Positions 1-13,200 of a stretch of DNA of 64,000 bases are shown in pieces. The notes beneath the pieces are model-generated. The model made no database searches. It saw nothing but the letters and a program-made list of their open reading frames with translations, and was not told the DNA's origin. Numbering within the stretch: the first letter of the stretch is position 1; every line of letters begins with the position of its first letter. The stretch comes from Paragordius varius. Lineage: Eukaryota > Animalia > Nematomorpha. The stretch lies in assembly GCA_964247055.1 (NCBI GenBank), contig OZ176050.1:1364001-1428000 (forward strand), given 5' to 3'. A program made the translations under genes and the position numbers.

Positions 1-28
1 TAGTAAGACTACATCAAAATATAGAGAT

Positions 29-41
29 AGTTTGACAAACT
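29..41. other. 13-bp interrupted palindrome AGTTTG-A-CAAACT
   Basis: Two 6-bp complementary arms around one central base. Confidence 0.95.
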
Positions 42-46
42 CTTTC

Positions 47-139
47 ATATCCGATTTTTACAACGATACTTTAAAAATCAATGTATTAAACTAGTCGCAT
101 AAATACTCAAGTTAAACTTTGTCCTTAAAAATCGGATAT
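47..139. other. Perfect 14-bp inverted repeat within each monomer (ATATCCGATTTTTA ... TAAAAATCGGATAT), 65-bp spacer
   Basis: Arm 47-60 is the exact reverse complement of arm 126-139. It is present in most monomers. Confidence 0.97.
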
Positions 140-156
140 TGGTCACCGGTGAACAA
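139..156. other. 18-bp quasi-palindrome TTGGTCACCGGTGAACAA (perfect 10-bp core TCACCGGTGA, one mismatched pair)
   Basis: Self-complementary except G142 opposite A153; it is the most GC-rich patch of the monomer. Confidence 0.95.
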
Positions 157-3017
157 AATAATTTTTTATACATTCTCTTAGTAAGACTACAGCAAAATAT
201 AGATTTAGTTTGACAAACTCTTTCATATCCGATTTTTACAACGATACTTTTAAATTAATGTATTAAACTAGTCGCATCAATACTCAAGTTAAACTTTGTC
301 CTTAAAAATCGGATATTGGTCACCGGTCAAAATAATTTTTTATACATTCTCTTAGTAAGACTACAGCAAAATATAGATTTAGTTTGACAAACTCTTTCAT
401 ATCCGATTTTTACAACGATACTTTAAAAATTAATGTATTAAACTAGTCGCATCAATACTCAAGTTAAACTTTGTCCTTAAAAATCGGATATTGGTCACCG
501 GTGAACAAAATTATTTTTTTTGCATTCTCTTAGCAAGACTACATCAAAATATAGAGATAGTTTGACAAACGCTTTCATATCCGATTTTTACAACGATACT
601 TTAAAAATTAATGTATAAAACTAGTCGTATCAATAAATCGCATCAATACTCAAGTTAAACTTTGTCCTTAAAAATCGGATATTGGTCACCGGTGAACAAA
701 ATTATTTTTTATACATTACATCAAAATATAGAGATAGTTTGGCAAACTCTTTCATATCCGATTTTTACAACGATACTTTAAAAATTAATGTATAAAACTA
801 GTCGCATCAATACTCAAGTTAAACTTTGTCCTTAAAAATCGGATATTGGTCACCGATGAACAAAATTAATTTTTATACATTCTCTTAGCAAGACTACATC
901 AAAATATAGAGATAGTTTGACAAACTCTTTCATATCCGATTTTTACAACGATACTTTAAAAATTAATGTATAAAACTTGTCGTATCAATAAATCGCATCA
1001 ATACTCAAGTTAAACTTTGTCCTTAAAAATCGGATATTGGTCACCGGTGAACAAAATTATTTTTTATACATTCTCTTAGTAAGACTACATCAAAATATAG
1101 AGATAGTTTGACAAACTCTTTCATATCCGATTTTTACAACGATACTTTAAAAATTAATGTATTAAACTAGTCGCATAAATACTCAAGTTAAACTTTGTCC
1201 TTAAAAATCGGATATTGGTCACCGGTGAACAAAATAATTTTTTATACATTCTCTTAGTAAGACTACAGCAAAATATAGATTTTGTTTGACAAACTCTTTC
1301 ATATCCGATTTTTACAACGATACTTTAAAATTAATGTATTAAACTAGTCGCATCAATACTCAAGTTAAACTTTGTCCTTAAAAATCGGATATTGGTCACC
1401 GGTCAAAATAATTTTTTATACATTCTCTTAGTAAAACTACAGCAAAATATAGATTTAGTTTGACAAACTCTTTCATATCCGATTTTTACAACGATACTTT
1501 AAAAATTAATGTATTAAACTAGTCGCATCAATACTCAAGTTAAACTTTGTCCTTAAAAATCGGATATTGGTCACCGGTGAACAAAATTATTTTTTTTGCA
1601 TTCTCTTAGCAAGACTACATCAAAATATAGAGATAGTTTGACAAACGCTTTCATATCCGATTTTTACAACGATACTTTAAAAATTAATGTATAAAACTAG
1701 TCGTATCAATAAATCGCATCAATACTCAAGTTAAACTTTGTCCTTAAAAATCGGATATTGGTCACCGGTGAACAAAATTATTTTTTATACATTACATCAA
1801 AATATAGAGATAGTTTGGCAAACTCTTTCATATCCGATTTTTACAACGATACTTTAAAAATTAATGTATAAAACTAGTCGCATCAATATTCAAGTTAAAC
1901 TTGGTCCTTAAAAATCGAATATTGGTCACCGGTGAACAAAATAATTTTTTATACATTCTCTTAGTAAGACTACATCAAAATATAGAGATAGTTTGACAAA
2001 CTCTTTCATATCCGATTTTTACAACGATACTTTAAAAATTAATGTGTTGAACTAGTCGCATCAATACTCAAGTTAAACTTTGTCCTTAAAAATCGGATAT
2101 TGGTCACCGATGAACAAAATTAATTTTTATACATTCTCTTAGCAAGACTACATCAAAATATAGAGATAGTTTGACAAACTCTTTCATATCCGATTTTTAC
2201 AACGATACTTTAAAAATTAATGTATAAAACTAGTCGCATCAATACTCAAGTTAAACTTTGTCCTTAAAAATCGGATATTGATCACCGGTGAACAAAATTA
2301 TTTTTTATACATTCTCTTAGTAAGACTACATGAAATTATAGAGATAGTTTGACAAACTCTTTCATATCCGATTTTTACAACGATACTTTAAAAATTAATG
2401 TATTAAACTAGTCGCATCAATACTCAAGGTAAACTTTGTCCTTAAAAATCGGATATTGGTCACCGGTGAACAAAATAAATTTTTATACATTCTCTTAGTA
2501 AGACTCAAAATATAGATTTAGTTTGACAAACTCTTTCATATCCGATTTTTACAACGATACTTTAAAATTAATGTATTAAACTAGTCGCATCAATACTCAA
2601 GTTAAACTTTGTCCTTAAAAATCGGATATTGGTCACCGGTGAACAAAATTATTTTTTATACATTCTCTTAGTAAGACTACATCAAATATAGAAATAGTTT
2701 GACAAACTCTTTCATATCCGATTTTTACAACGATACTTTAAAAATTAATGTGTTAAACTAGTCGCATCAATACTCAAGTTAAACTTTGTCCTTAAAAATC
2801 GGATATTGGTCACCGGTCAAAATAATTTTTTATACATTCTCTTAGTAAGACTACAGCAAAATATAGATTTAGTTTGACAAACTCTTTCATATCCGATTTT
2901 TACAACGATACTTTAAAAATTAATGTATAAAACTAGTCGCATCAATACTCAAGTTAAACTTTGTCCTTAAAAATCGGATATTGGTCACCGGTCAAAATAA
3001 TTTTTTATACATTCTCT

Positions 3018-6000
3018 TAGTAAGACTACAGCAAAATATAGATTTAGTTTGACAAACTCTTTCATATCCGATTTTTACAACGATACTTTAAAAATTAATG
3101 TATTAAACTAGTCGCATCAATACTCAAGTTAAACTTTGTCCTTAAAAATCGGATATTGGTCACCGGTGAACAAAATTATTTTTTTTGCATTCTCTTAGCA
3201 AGACTACATCAAAATATAGAGATAGTTTGACAAACGCTTTCATATCCGATTTTTACAACGATACTTTAAAAATTAATGTATAAAACTAGTCGTATCAATA
3301 AATCGCATCAATACTCAAGTTAAACTTTGTCCTTAAAAATCGGATATTGGTCACCGGTGAACAAAATTATTTTTTATACATTACATCAAAATATAGAGAT
3401 AGTTTGGCAAACTCTTTCATATCCGATTTTTACAACGATACTTTAAAAATTAATGTATAAAACTAGTCGCATCAATATTCAAGTTAAACTTGGTCCTTAA
3501 AAATCGAATATTGGTCACCGGTGAACAAAATAATTTTTTATACATTCTCTTAGTAAGACTACATCAAAATATAGAGATAGTTTGACAAACTCTTTCATAT
3601 CCGATTTTTACAACGATACTTTAAAAATTAATGTATAAAACTAGTCGCATCAATACTCAAGTTAAACTTTGTCCTTAAAAATCGGATATTGATCACCGGT
3701 GAACAAAATTATTTTTTATACATTCTCTTAGTAAGACTACATGAAATTATAGAGATAGTTTGACAAACTCTTTCATATCCGATTTTTACAACGATACTTT
3801 AAAAATTAATGTATTAAACTAGTCGCATCAATACTCAAGGTAAACTTTGTCCTTAAAAATCGGATATTGGTCACCGGTGAACAAAATAATTTTTTATACA
3901 TTCTCTTAGTAAGACTCAAAATATAGATTTAGTTTGACAAACTCTTTCAAATCCGATTTTTACAACGATACTTTAAAATTAATGTATTAAACTAGTCGCA
4001 TCAATACTCAAGTTAAACTTTGTCCTTAAAAATCGGATATTGGTCACCGGTGAACAAAATTATTTTTTATACATTCTCTTAGTAAGACTACATCAAATAT
4101 AGAAATAGTTTGACAAACTCTTTCATATCCGATTTTTACAACGATACTTTAAAAATTAATGTGTTAAACTAGTCGCATGAATACTCAAATTAAACTTTGT
4201 CCTTAAAAATCGGATATTGGTCACCGGTGAACAAAATTATTTTTTATATATTCTCTTAGCAAGACTACATCAAAATATAGAGATAGTTTGACAAACTCTT
4301 TCATATCCGATTTTTACAACGATACTTTAAAAATTAATGTATAAAACTAGTCGCATCAATACTCAAGTTAAACTTTGTCCTTAAAAATCGGATATTGGTC
4401 ACCGGTGAACAAAATAATTTTTTATACATTCTCTTAGTAAGACTACAGCAAAATATAGATTTAGTTTGACAAACTCTTTCATATCCGATTTTTACAACGA
4501 TACTTTAAAATTAATGTATTAAACTAGTCGCATCAATACTCAAGTTAAACTTTGTCCTTAAAAATCGGATATTGGTCACCGGTCAAAATAATTTTTTATA
4601 CATTCTCTTAGTAAGACTACAGCAAAATATAGATTTAGTTTGACAAACTCTTTCATATCCGATTTTTACAACGATACTTTAAAAATTAATGTATTAAACT
4701 AGTCGCATCAATACTCAAGTTAAACTTTGTCCTTAAAAATCGGATATTGGTCACCGGTGAACAAAATTATTTTTTTTGCATTCTCTTAGCAAGACTACAT
4801 CAAAATATAGAGATAGTTTGACAAACGCTTTCATATCCGATTTTTACAACGATACTTTAAAAATTAATGTATAAAACTAGTCGTATCAATAAATCGCATC
4901 AATACTCAAGTTAAACTTTGTCCTTAAAAATCGGATATTGGTCACCGGTGAACAAAATTATTTTTTATACATTACATCAAAATATAGAGATAGTTTGGCA
5001 AACTCTTTCATATCCGATTTTTACAACGATACTTTAAAAATTAATGTATAAAACTAGTCGCATCAATATTCAAGTTAAACTTGGTCCTTAAAAATCGAAT
5101 ATTGGTCACCGGTGAACAAAATAATTTTTTATACATTCTCTTAGTAAGACTACATCAAAATATAGAGATAGTTTGACAAACTCTTTCATATCCGATTTTT
5201 ACAACGATACTTTAAAAATTAATGTATAAAACTAGTCGCATCAATACTCAAGTTAAACTTTGTCCTTAAAAATCGGATATTGATCACCGGTGAACAAAAT
5301 TATTTTTTATACATTCTCTTAGTAAGACTACATGAAATTATAGAGATAGTTTGACAAACTCTTTCATATCCGATTTTTACAACGATACTTTAAAAATTAA
5401 TGTATTAAACTAGTCGCATCAATACTCAAGGTAAACTTTGTCCTTAAAAATCGGATATTGGTCACCGGTGAACAAAATAATTTTTTATACATTCTCTTAG
5501 TAAGACTCAAAATATAGATTTAGTTTGACAAACTCTTTCATATCCGATTTTTACAACGATACTTTAAAATTAATGTATTAAACTAGTCGCATCAATACTC
5601 AAGTTAAACTTTGTCCTTAAAAATCGGATATTGGTCACCGGTGAACAAAATTATTTTTTATACATTCTCTTAGTAAGACTACATCAAATATAGAAATAGT
5701 TTGACAAACTCTTTCATATCCGATTTTTACAACGATACTTTAAAAATTAATGTGTTAAACTAGTCGCATGAATACTCAAATTAAACTTTGTCCTTAAAAA
5801 TCGGATATTGGTCACCGGTGAACAAAATTATTTTTTATATATTCTCTTAGCAAGACTACATCAAAATATAGAGATAGTTTGACAAACTCTTTCATATCCG
5901 ATTTTTACAACGATACTTTAAAAATTAATGTATAAAACTAGTCGCATCAATACTCAAGTTAAACTTTGTCCTTAAAAATCGGATATTGGTCACCGGTGAA

Positions 6001-6199
6001 CAAAATAATTTTTTATACATTCTCTTAGTAAGACTACAGCAAAATATAGATTTAGTTTGACAAACTCTTTCATATCCGATTTTTACAACGATACTTTAAA
6101 ATTAATGTATTAAACTAGTCGCATCAATACTCAAGTTAAACTTTGTCCTTAAAAATCGGATATTGGTCACCGGTCAAAATAATTTTTTATACATTCTCT
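3018..6199 (+). repeat. Near-identical tandem pair of a 9-monomer HOR unit (1591 bp): 3018-4608 and 4609-6199
   Basis: Same ordered variants in both copies. Monomer starts at 3018, 4609 and 6200 are exactly 1591 apart, and the indel sum (9x178 +13 -14 -4 -4 -1 -1) equals 1591. Confidence 0.93.
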
Positions 6200-9100
6200 T
6201 AGTAAGACTACAGCAAAATATAGATTTAGTTTGACAAACTCTTTCATATCCGATTTTTACAACGATACTTTAAAAATTAATGTATTAAACTAGTCGCATC
6301 AATACTCAAGTTAAACTTTGTCCTTAAAAATCGGATATTGGTCACCGGTGAACAAAATAATTTTTTATACATTATCTTAGTAAGACTACAGCAAAATATA
6401 GATTTAGTTTGACAAACTCTTTCATATCCGATTTTTACAACGATACTTTAAAATTAATGTATTAAACTAGTCGCATCAATACTCAAGTTAAACTTTGTCC
6501 TTAAAAATCGGATATTGGTCACCGGTGAACAAAATTATTTTTTATACATTCTCTTAGTAGGACTACATCAAAATATAGAGATAGTTTGGCAAACTCTTTC
6601 ATATCCGATTTTTACAACGATACCTTAAAAATTAATGTATAAAACTAGTCGCATCAATATTCAAGTTAAACTTGGTCCTTAAAAATCGAATATTGGTCAC
6701 CGGTGAACAAAATAATTTTTTATACATTCTCTTAGTAAGACTACATCAAAATATAGAGATAGTTTGACAAACTCTTTCATATCCGATTTTTACAACGATA
6801 CTTTAAAAATTAATGTGTTAAACTAGTCGCATCAATACTCAAGTTAAACTTTGTCCTTAAAAATCGGATATTGGTCACCGATGAACAAAATTAATTTTTA
6901 TACATTCTCTTAGCAAGACTACATCAAAATATAGAGAGTTTGACAAACTCTTTCATATCCGATTTTTACAACGATACTTTAAAAATTAATGTATAAAACT
7001 TGTCGTATCAATAAATCGCATCAATACTCAAGTTAAACTTTGTCCTTAAAAATCGGATATTGGTCACCGGTGAACAAAATTATTTTTTATACATTCTCTT
7101 AGTAAGACTACATCAAAATATAGAGATAGTTTGACAAACTCTTTCATATCCGATTTTTACAACGATACTTTAAAAATTAATGTATTAAACTAGTCGCATA
7201 AATACTCAAGTTAAACTTTGTCCTTAAAAATCGGATATTGGTCACCGGTGAACAAAATAATTTTTTATACATTCTCTTAGTAAGACTACAGCAAAATATA
7301 GATTTAGTTTGACAAACTCTTTCATATCCGATTTTTACAACGATACTTTAAAATTAATGTATTAAACTAGTCGCATCAATACTCAAGTTAAACTTTGTCC
7401 TTAAAAATCGGATATTGGTCACCGGTCAAAATAATTTTTTATACATTCTCTTAGTAAGACTACAGCAAAATATAGATTTAGTTTGACAAACTCTTTCATA
7501 TCCGATTTTTACAACGATACTTTAAAAATTAATGTATTAAACTAGTCGCATCAATACTCAAGTTAAACTTTGTCCTTAAAAATCGGATATTGGTCACCGG
7601 TGAACAAAATTATTTTTTTTGCATTCTCTTAGCAAGACTACATCAAAATATAGAGATAGTTTGACAAACGCTTTCATATCCGATTTTTACAACGATACTT
7701 TAAAAATTAATGTATAAAACTAGTCGTATCAATAAATCGCATCAATACTCAAGTTAAACTTTGTCCTTAAAAATCGGATATTGGTCACCGGTGAACAAAA
7801 TTATTTTTTATACATTACATCAAAATATAGAGATAGTTTGGCAAACTCTTTCATATCCGATTTTTACAACGATACTTTAAAAATTAATGTATAAAACTAG
7901 TCGCATCAATATTCAAGTTAAACTTGGTCCTTAAAAATCGAATATTGGTCACCGGTGAACAAAATAATTTTTTATACATTCTCTTAGTAAGACTACATCA
8001 AAATATAGAGATAGTTTGACAAACTCTTTCATATCCGATTTTTACAACGATACTTTAAAAATTAATGTATTAAACTAGTCGCATAAATACTCAAGTTAAA
8101 CTTTGTCCTTAAAAATCGGATATTGGTCACCGGTGAACAAAATAATTTTTTATACATTCTCTTAGTAAGACTACAGCAAAATATAGATTTAGTTTGACAA
8201 ACTCTTTCATATCCGATTTTTACAACGATACTTTAAAATTAATGTATTAAACTAGTCGCATCAATACTCAAGTTAAACTTTGTCCTTAAAAATCGGATAT
8301 TGGTCACCGGTCAAAATAATTTTTTATACATTCTCTTAGTAAGACTACAGCAAAATATAGATTTAGTTTGACAAACTCTTTCATATCCGATTTTTACAAC
8401 GATACTTTAAAAATTAATGTATTAAACTAGTCGCATCAATACTCAAGTTAAACTTTGTCCTTAAAAATCGGATATTGGTCACCGGTGAACAAAATTATTT
8501 TTTTTGCATTCTCTTAGCAAGACTACATCAAAATATAGAGATAGTTTGACAAACGCTTTCATATCCGATTTTTACAACGATACTTTAAAAATTAATGTAT
8601 AAAATTAGTCGTATCAATAAATCGCATCAATACTCAAGTTAAACTTTGTCCTTAAAAATCGGATATTGGTCACCGGTGAACAAAATTATTTTTTATACAT
8701 TACATCAAAATATAGAGATAGTCTTTCATATCCGATTTTTCCAACGATACTTTAAAAATTAATGTATAAAACTAGTCGCATCAATATTCAAGTTAAACTT
8801 GGTCCTTAAAAATCGAATATTGGTCACCGGTGAACAAAATAATTTTTTATACATTCTCTTAGTAAGACTACATCAAAATATAGAGATAGTTTGACAAACT
8901 CTTTCATATCCGATTTTTACAACGATACTTTAAAAATTAATGTGTTGAACTAGTCGCATCAATACTCAAGTTAAACTTTGTCCTTAAAAATCGGATATTG
9001 GTCACCGATGAACAAAATTAATTTTTATACATTCTCTTAGCAAGACTACATCAAAATATAGAGATAGTTTGACAAACTCTTTCATATCCGATTTTTACAA

Positions 9101-10270
9101 CGATACTTTAAAAATTAATGTATAAAACTAGTCGCATCAATACTCAAGTTAAACTTTGTCCTTAAAAATCGTATATTGATCACCGGTGAACAAAATTATT
9201 TTTTATACATTCTCTTAGTAAGACTACATGAAATTATAGAGATAGTTTGACAAACTCTTTCATATCCGATTTTTACAACGATACTTTAAAAATTAATGTA
9301 TTAAACTAGTCGCATCAATACTCAAGGTAAACTTTGTCCTTAAAAATCGGATATTGGTCACCGGTGAACAAAATAATTTTTTATACATTCTCTTAGTAAG
9401 ACTCAAAATATAGATTTAGTTTGACAAACTCTTTCATATCCGATTTTTACAACGATACTTTAAAATTAATGTATTAAACTAGTCGCATCAATACTCAAGT
9501 TAAACTTTGTCCTTAAACGGTGAACAAAATTATTTTTTATACATTCTCTTAGTAAGACTACATCAAATATAGAAATAGTTTGACAAACTCTTTCATATCC
9601 GATTTTTACAACGATACTTTAAAAATTAATGGGTTAAACTAGTCGCATGAATACTCAAATTAAACTTTGTCCTTAAAAATCGGATATTGGTCACCGGTGA
9701 ACAAAATTATTTTTTATATATTCTCTTAGCAAGACTACATCAAAATATAGAGATAGTTTGACAAACTCTTTCATATCCGATTTTTACAACGATACTTTAA
9801 AAATTAATGTATAAAACTAGTCGCATCAATACTCAAGTTAAACTTTGTCCTTAAAAATCGGATATTGGTCACCGGTCAAAATAATTTTTTATACATTCTC
9901 TTAGTAAGACTACAGCAAAATATAGATTTAGTTTGACAAACTCTTTCATATCCGATTTTTACAACGATACTTTAAAAATTAATGTATTAAACTAGTCGCA
10001 TCAATACTCAAGTTAAACTTTGTCCTTAAAAATCGGATATTGGTCACCGGTGAACAAAATTATTTTTTTTGCATTCTCTTAGCAAGACTACATCAAAATA
10101 TAGGGATAGTTTGACAAACGCTTTTATATCCGATTTTTACAACGATACTTTAAAAATTAATGTATAAAACTAGTCGTATCAATAAATCGCATCAATACTC
10201 AAGTTAAACTTTGTCCTTAAAAATCGGATATTGGTCACCGGTGAACAAAATTATTTTTTATACATTCTCT

Positions 10271-13200
10271 TAGTAGGACTACATCAAAATATAGAGATAG
10301 TTTGGCAAACTCTTTCATATCCGATTTTTACAACGATACTTTAAAAATTAATGTATAAAACTAGTCGCATCAATACTCAAGTTAAACTTTGTCCTTAAAA
10401 ATCGGATATTGATCACCGGTGAACAAAATTATTTTTTATACATTCTCTTAGTAAGACTACATCAAATTATAGAGATAGTTTGACAAACTCTTTCATATCC
10501 GATTTTTACAACGATACTTTAAAAATTAATGTATTAAACTAGTCGCATCAATACTCAAGGTAAACTTTGTCTTTAAAAATCGGATATTGGTCACCGGTGA
10601 ACAAAATAATTTTTTATACATTCTCTTAGTAAGACTACAGCAAAATATAGAGATAGTTTGACAAACTCTTTCATATCCGATTTTTACAACGATACTTTAA
10701 AAATTAATGTATAAAACTAGTCGCATCAATACTCAAGTTAAACTTTGTCCTTAAAAATCGGATATTGGTCACCGATGAACAAAATTATTTTTTATACATT
10801 CTCTTAGTAAGACTACATCAAATATAGAAATAGTTTGACAAACTCTTTCATATCCGATTTTTACAACGATACTTTAAAAATTAATGTGTTAAACTAGTCG
10901 CATGAATACTCAAATTAAACTTTGTCCTTAAAATCGGATATTGGTCACCGGTGAACAAAATTTTTTTTTATATACTCTTAGCAAGACTACATCAAAATAT
11001 AGAGATAGTTTGACAAACTCTTTCATATCCGATTTTTACAACGATACTTTAAAAATTAATGTATAAAACTTGTCGTATCAATAAATCGCATCAATACTCA
11101 AGTTAAACTTTGTCCTTAAAAATCGGATATTGGTCACCGGTGAACAAAATTATTTTTTATAAATTCTCTTAGTAAGACTACATCAAAATATAGAGATAGT
11201 TTGACAAACTCTTTCATATCCGATTTTTACAACGATACTTTAAAAATTAATGTATTAAACTAGTCGCATCAATACTCAAGTTAAACTTTGTCCTTAAAAA
11301 TCGGATATTGGTCACCGGTGAACAAAATAATTTTTTATACATTCTCTTAGTAAGACTACAGCAAAATATAGATTTAGTTTGACAAACTCTTTCATATCCG
11401 ATTTTTACAACGATACTTTAAAATTAATGTATTAAACTAGTCGCATCAATACTCAAGTTAAACTTTGTCCTTAAAAATCGGATATTGGTCACCGGTCAAA
11501 ATAATTTTTTATACATTCTCTTAGTAAGACTACAGCAAAATATAGATTTAGTTTGACAAACTCTTTCATATCCGATTTTTACAACGATACTTTAAAAATT
11601 AATGTATTAAATTAGTCGCATCAATACTCAAGTTAAACTTTGTCCTTAAAAATCGGATATTGGTCACCGGTGAACAAAATTATTTTTTATACATTCTCTT
11701 AGTAGGACTACATCAAAATATAGAGATAGTTTGGCAAACTCTTTCATATCCGATTTTTACAACGATACTTTAAAAATTAATGTATAAAACTAGTCGCATC
11801 AATATTCAAGTTAAACTTGGTCCTTAAAAATCGAATATTGGTCACCGGTGAACAAAATAATTTTTTATACATTCTCTTAGTAAGACTACATCAAAATATA
11901 GAGATAGTTTGACAAACTCTTTCATATCCGATTTTTACAACGATACTTAAAAAATTAATGTGTTAAACTAGTCGTATCAATACTCAAGTTAAACTTTGTC
12001 CTTAAAAATCGGATATTGGTCACCGATGAACAAAATTAATTTTTATACATTCTCTTAGCAAGACTACATCAAAATATAGAGATAGTTTGACAAACTCTTT
12101 CATATCCGATTTTTACAACGATACTTTAAAAATTAATGTATAAAACTAGTCGCATCAATACTCAAGTTAAACTTTGTCCTTAAAAATCGGATATTGATCA
12201 CCGGTGAACAAAATTATTTTTTATACATTCTCTTAGTAAGACTACATCAAATTATAGAGATAGTTTGACAAACTCTTTCATATCCGATTTTTACAACGAT
12301 ACTTTAAAATTAATGTATTAAACTAGTCGCAGCAATACTCAAGGTAAACTTTGTCCTTAAAAATCGGATATTGGTCACCGGTGAACAAAATAATTTTTTA
12401 TACATTCTCTTAGTAAGACTACAGCAAAATATAGATTTAGTTTGACAAACTCTTTCATATCCGATTTTTACAACGATACTTTAAAATTAATGTATTAAAC
12501 TAGTCGCATCAATAAATCGCATCAATACTCAAGTTAAACTTTGTCCTTAAAAATCGGATATTGGTCACCGGTGAACAAAATTATTTTTTATACATTCTCT
12601 TAGTAGGACTACATCAAAATATAGAGATAGTTTGGCAAACTCTTTCATATCCGATTTTTACAACGATACTTTAAAAATTAATGTATAAAACTAGTCGCAT
12701 CAATACTCAAGTTAAACTTTGTCCTTAAAAATCGGATATTGATCACCGGTGAACAAAATTATTTTTTATACATTCTCTTAGTAAGACTACATCAAATTAT
12801 AGAGATAGTTTGACAAACTCTTTCATATCCGATTTTTACAACGATACTTTAAAAATTAATGTATTAAACTAGTCGCATCAATACTCAAGGTAAACTTTGT
12901 CTTTAAAAATCGGATATTGGTCACCGGTGAACAAAATAATTTTTTATACATTCTCTTAGTAAGACTACAGCAAAATATAGAGATAGTTTGACAAACTCTT
13001 TCATATCCGATTTTTACAACGATACTTTAAAAATTAATGTATAAAACTAGTCGCATCAATACTCAAGTTAAACTTTGTCCTTAAAAATCGGATATTGGTC
13101 ACCGATGAACAAAATTATTTTTTATACATTCTCTTAGTAAGACTACATCAAATATAGAAATAGTTTGACAAACTCTTTCATATCCGATTTTTACAACGAT

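Larger units (their letters stand above)
1..178 (+). repeat. Reference satellite monomer (arbitrary phase) with single DraI (70-75), SpeI (90-95), BstEII (141-147), AgeI (145-150), SgrAI (144-151) and HpaII/MspI (146-149) sites
   Basis: Read directly: TTTAAA, ACTAGT, GGTCACC, ACCGGT, CACCGGTG and CCGG at the stated offsets. Confidence 0.97.
1..10270 (+). repeat. Left sub-domain 1: variable-length higher-order repeat (5-, 6-, 9- and 16-monomer spacings) marked by the CAAACGCT monomer
   Basis: The marker CAAACGCT occurs at 566, 1642, 3231, 4822, 7665, 8550 and 10115 (spacings 1076, 1589, 1591, 2843, 885, 1565) and was not seen afterwards. Confidence 0.88.

Noticed and set aside
32-60. Bacterial sigma70 promoter (perfect TTGACA at 32-37)
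   Set aside because: There is no TATAAT-like -10 element at 16-18 bp spacing (TTTTTA is found there), and the context is a eukaryote-like satellite.
47-139. Conserved RNA secondary structure supported by covariation between arms A and A'
   Set aside because: Variants in one arm (ATCAGAT, ATAATCG, ACATCCG) are not matched by compensating changes in the other arm of the same monomer (ATGGGAT, ATCAAAT, ATCGAAT).
126-156. CENP-B box
   Set aside because: The required TTCG....A..CGGG core is absent on both strands of the consensus.
16-167. Phased A-tract curvature with 10-11 bp periodicity
   Set aside because: A/T tracts are present but their spacing is irregular by eye. A Fourier or curvature calculation would be needed before claiming it.
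84-170. Convergent TATA boxes (TATAAAA on + at 84-90 in one allele, and on - at 164-170) and GATA/CGATA motifs
   Set aside because: Such short AT-rich motifs are expected by chance at 72% AT, and they are simply parts of inverted repeat B and arm A. There is no expression evidence.
1-178. Identity with Arabidopsis CEN178/CEN180 or primate alpha satellite
   Set aside because: Only the length is similar. I see none of their recognisable sequence, and the consensus has no HindIII site.
1-178. Two ~90-bp direct sub-repeats (TAGT...CATCAA at 1 and 92)
   Set aside because: Similarity is limited to TAGT and CATCAA(A)TA; the rest of the two halves do not align convincingly by eye.
10951-10980. Homopolymer length variants (T6 to T8 runs, A4/A5) as independent biological events
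   Set aside because: They were used as evidence only when shared between duplicated copies. Singletons cannot be told apart from long-read homopolymer errors.
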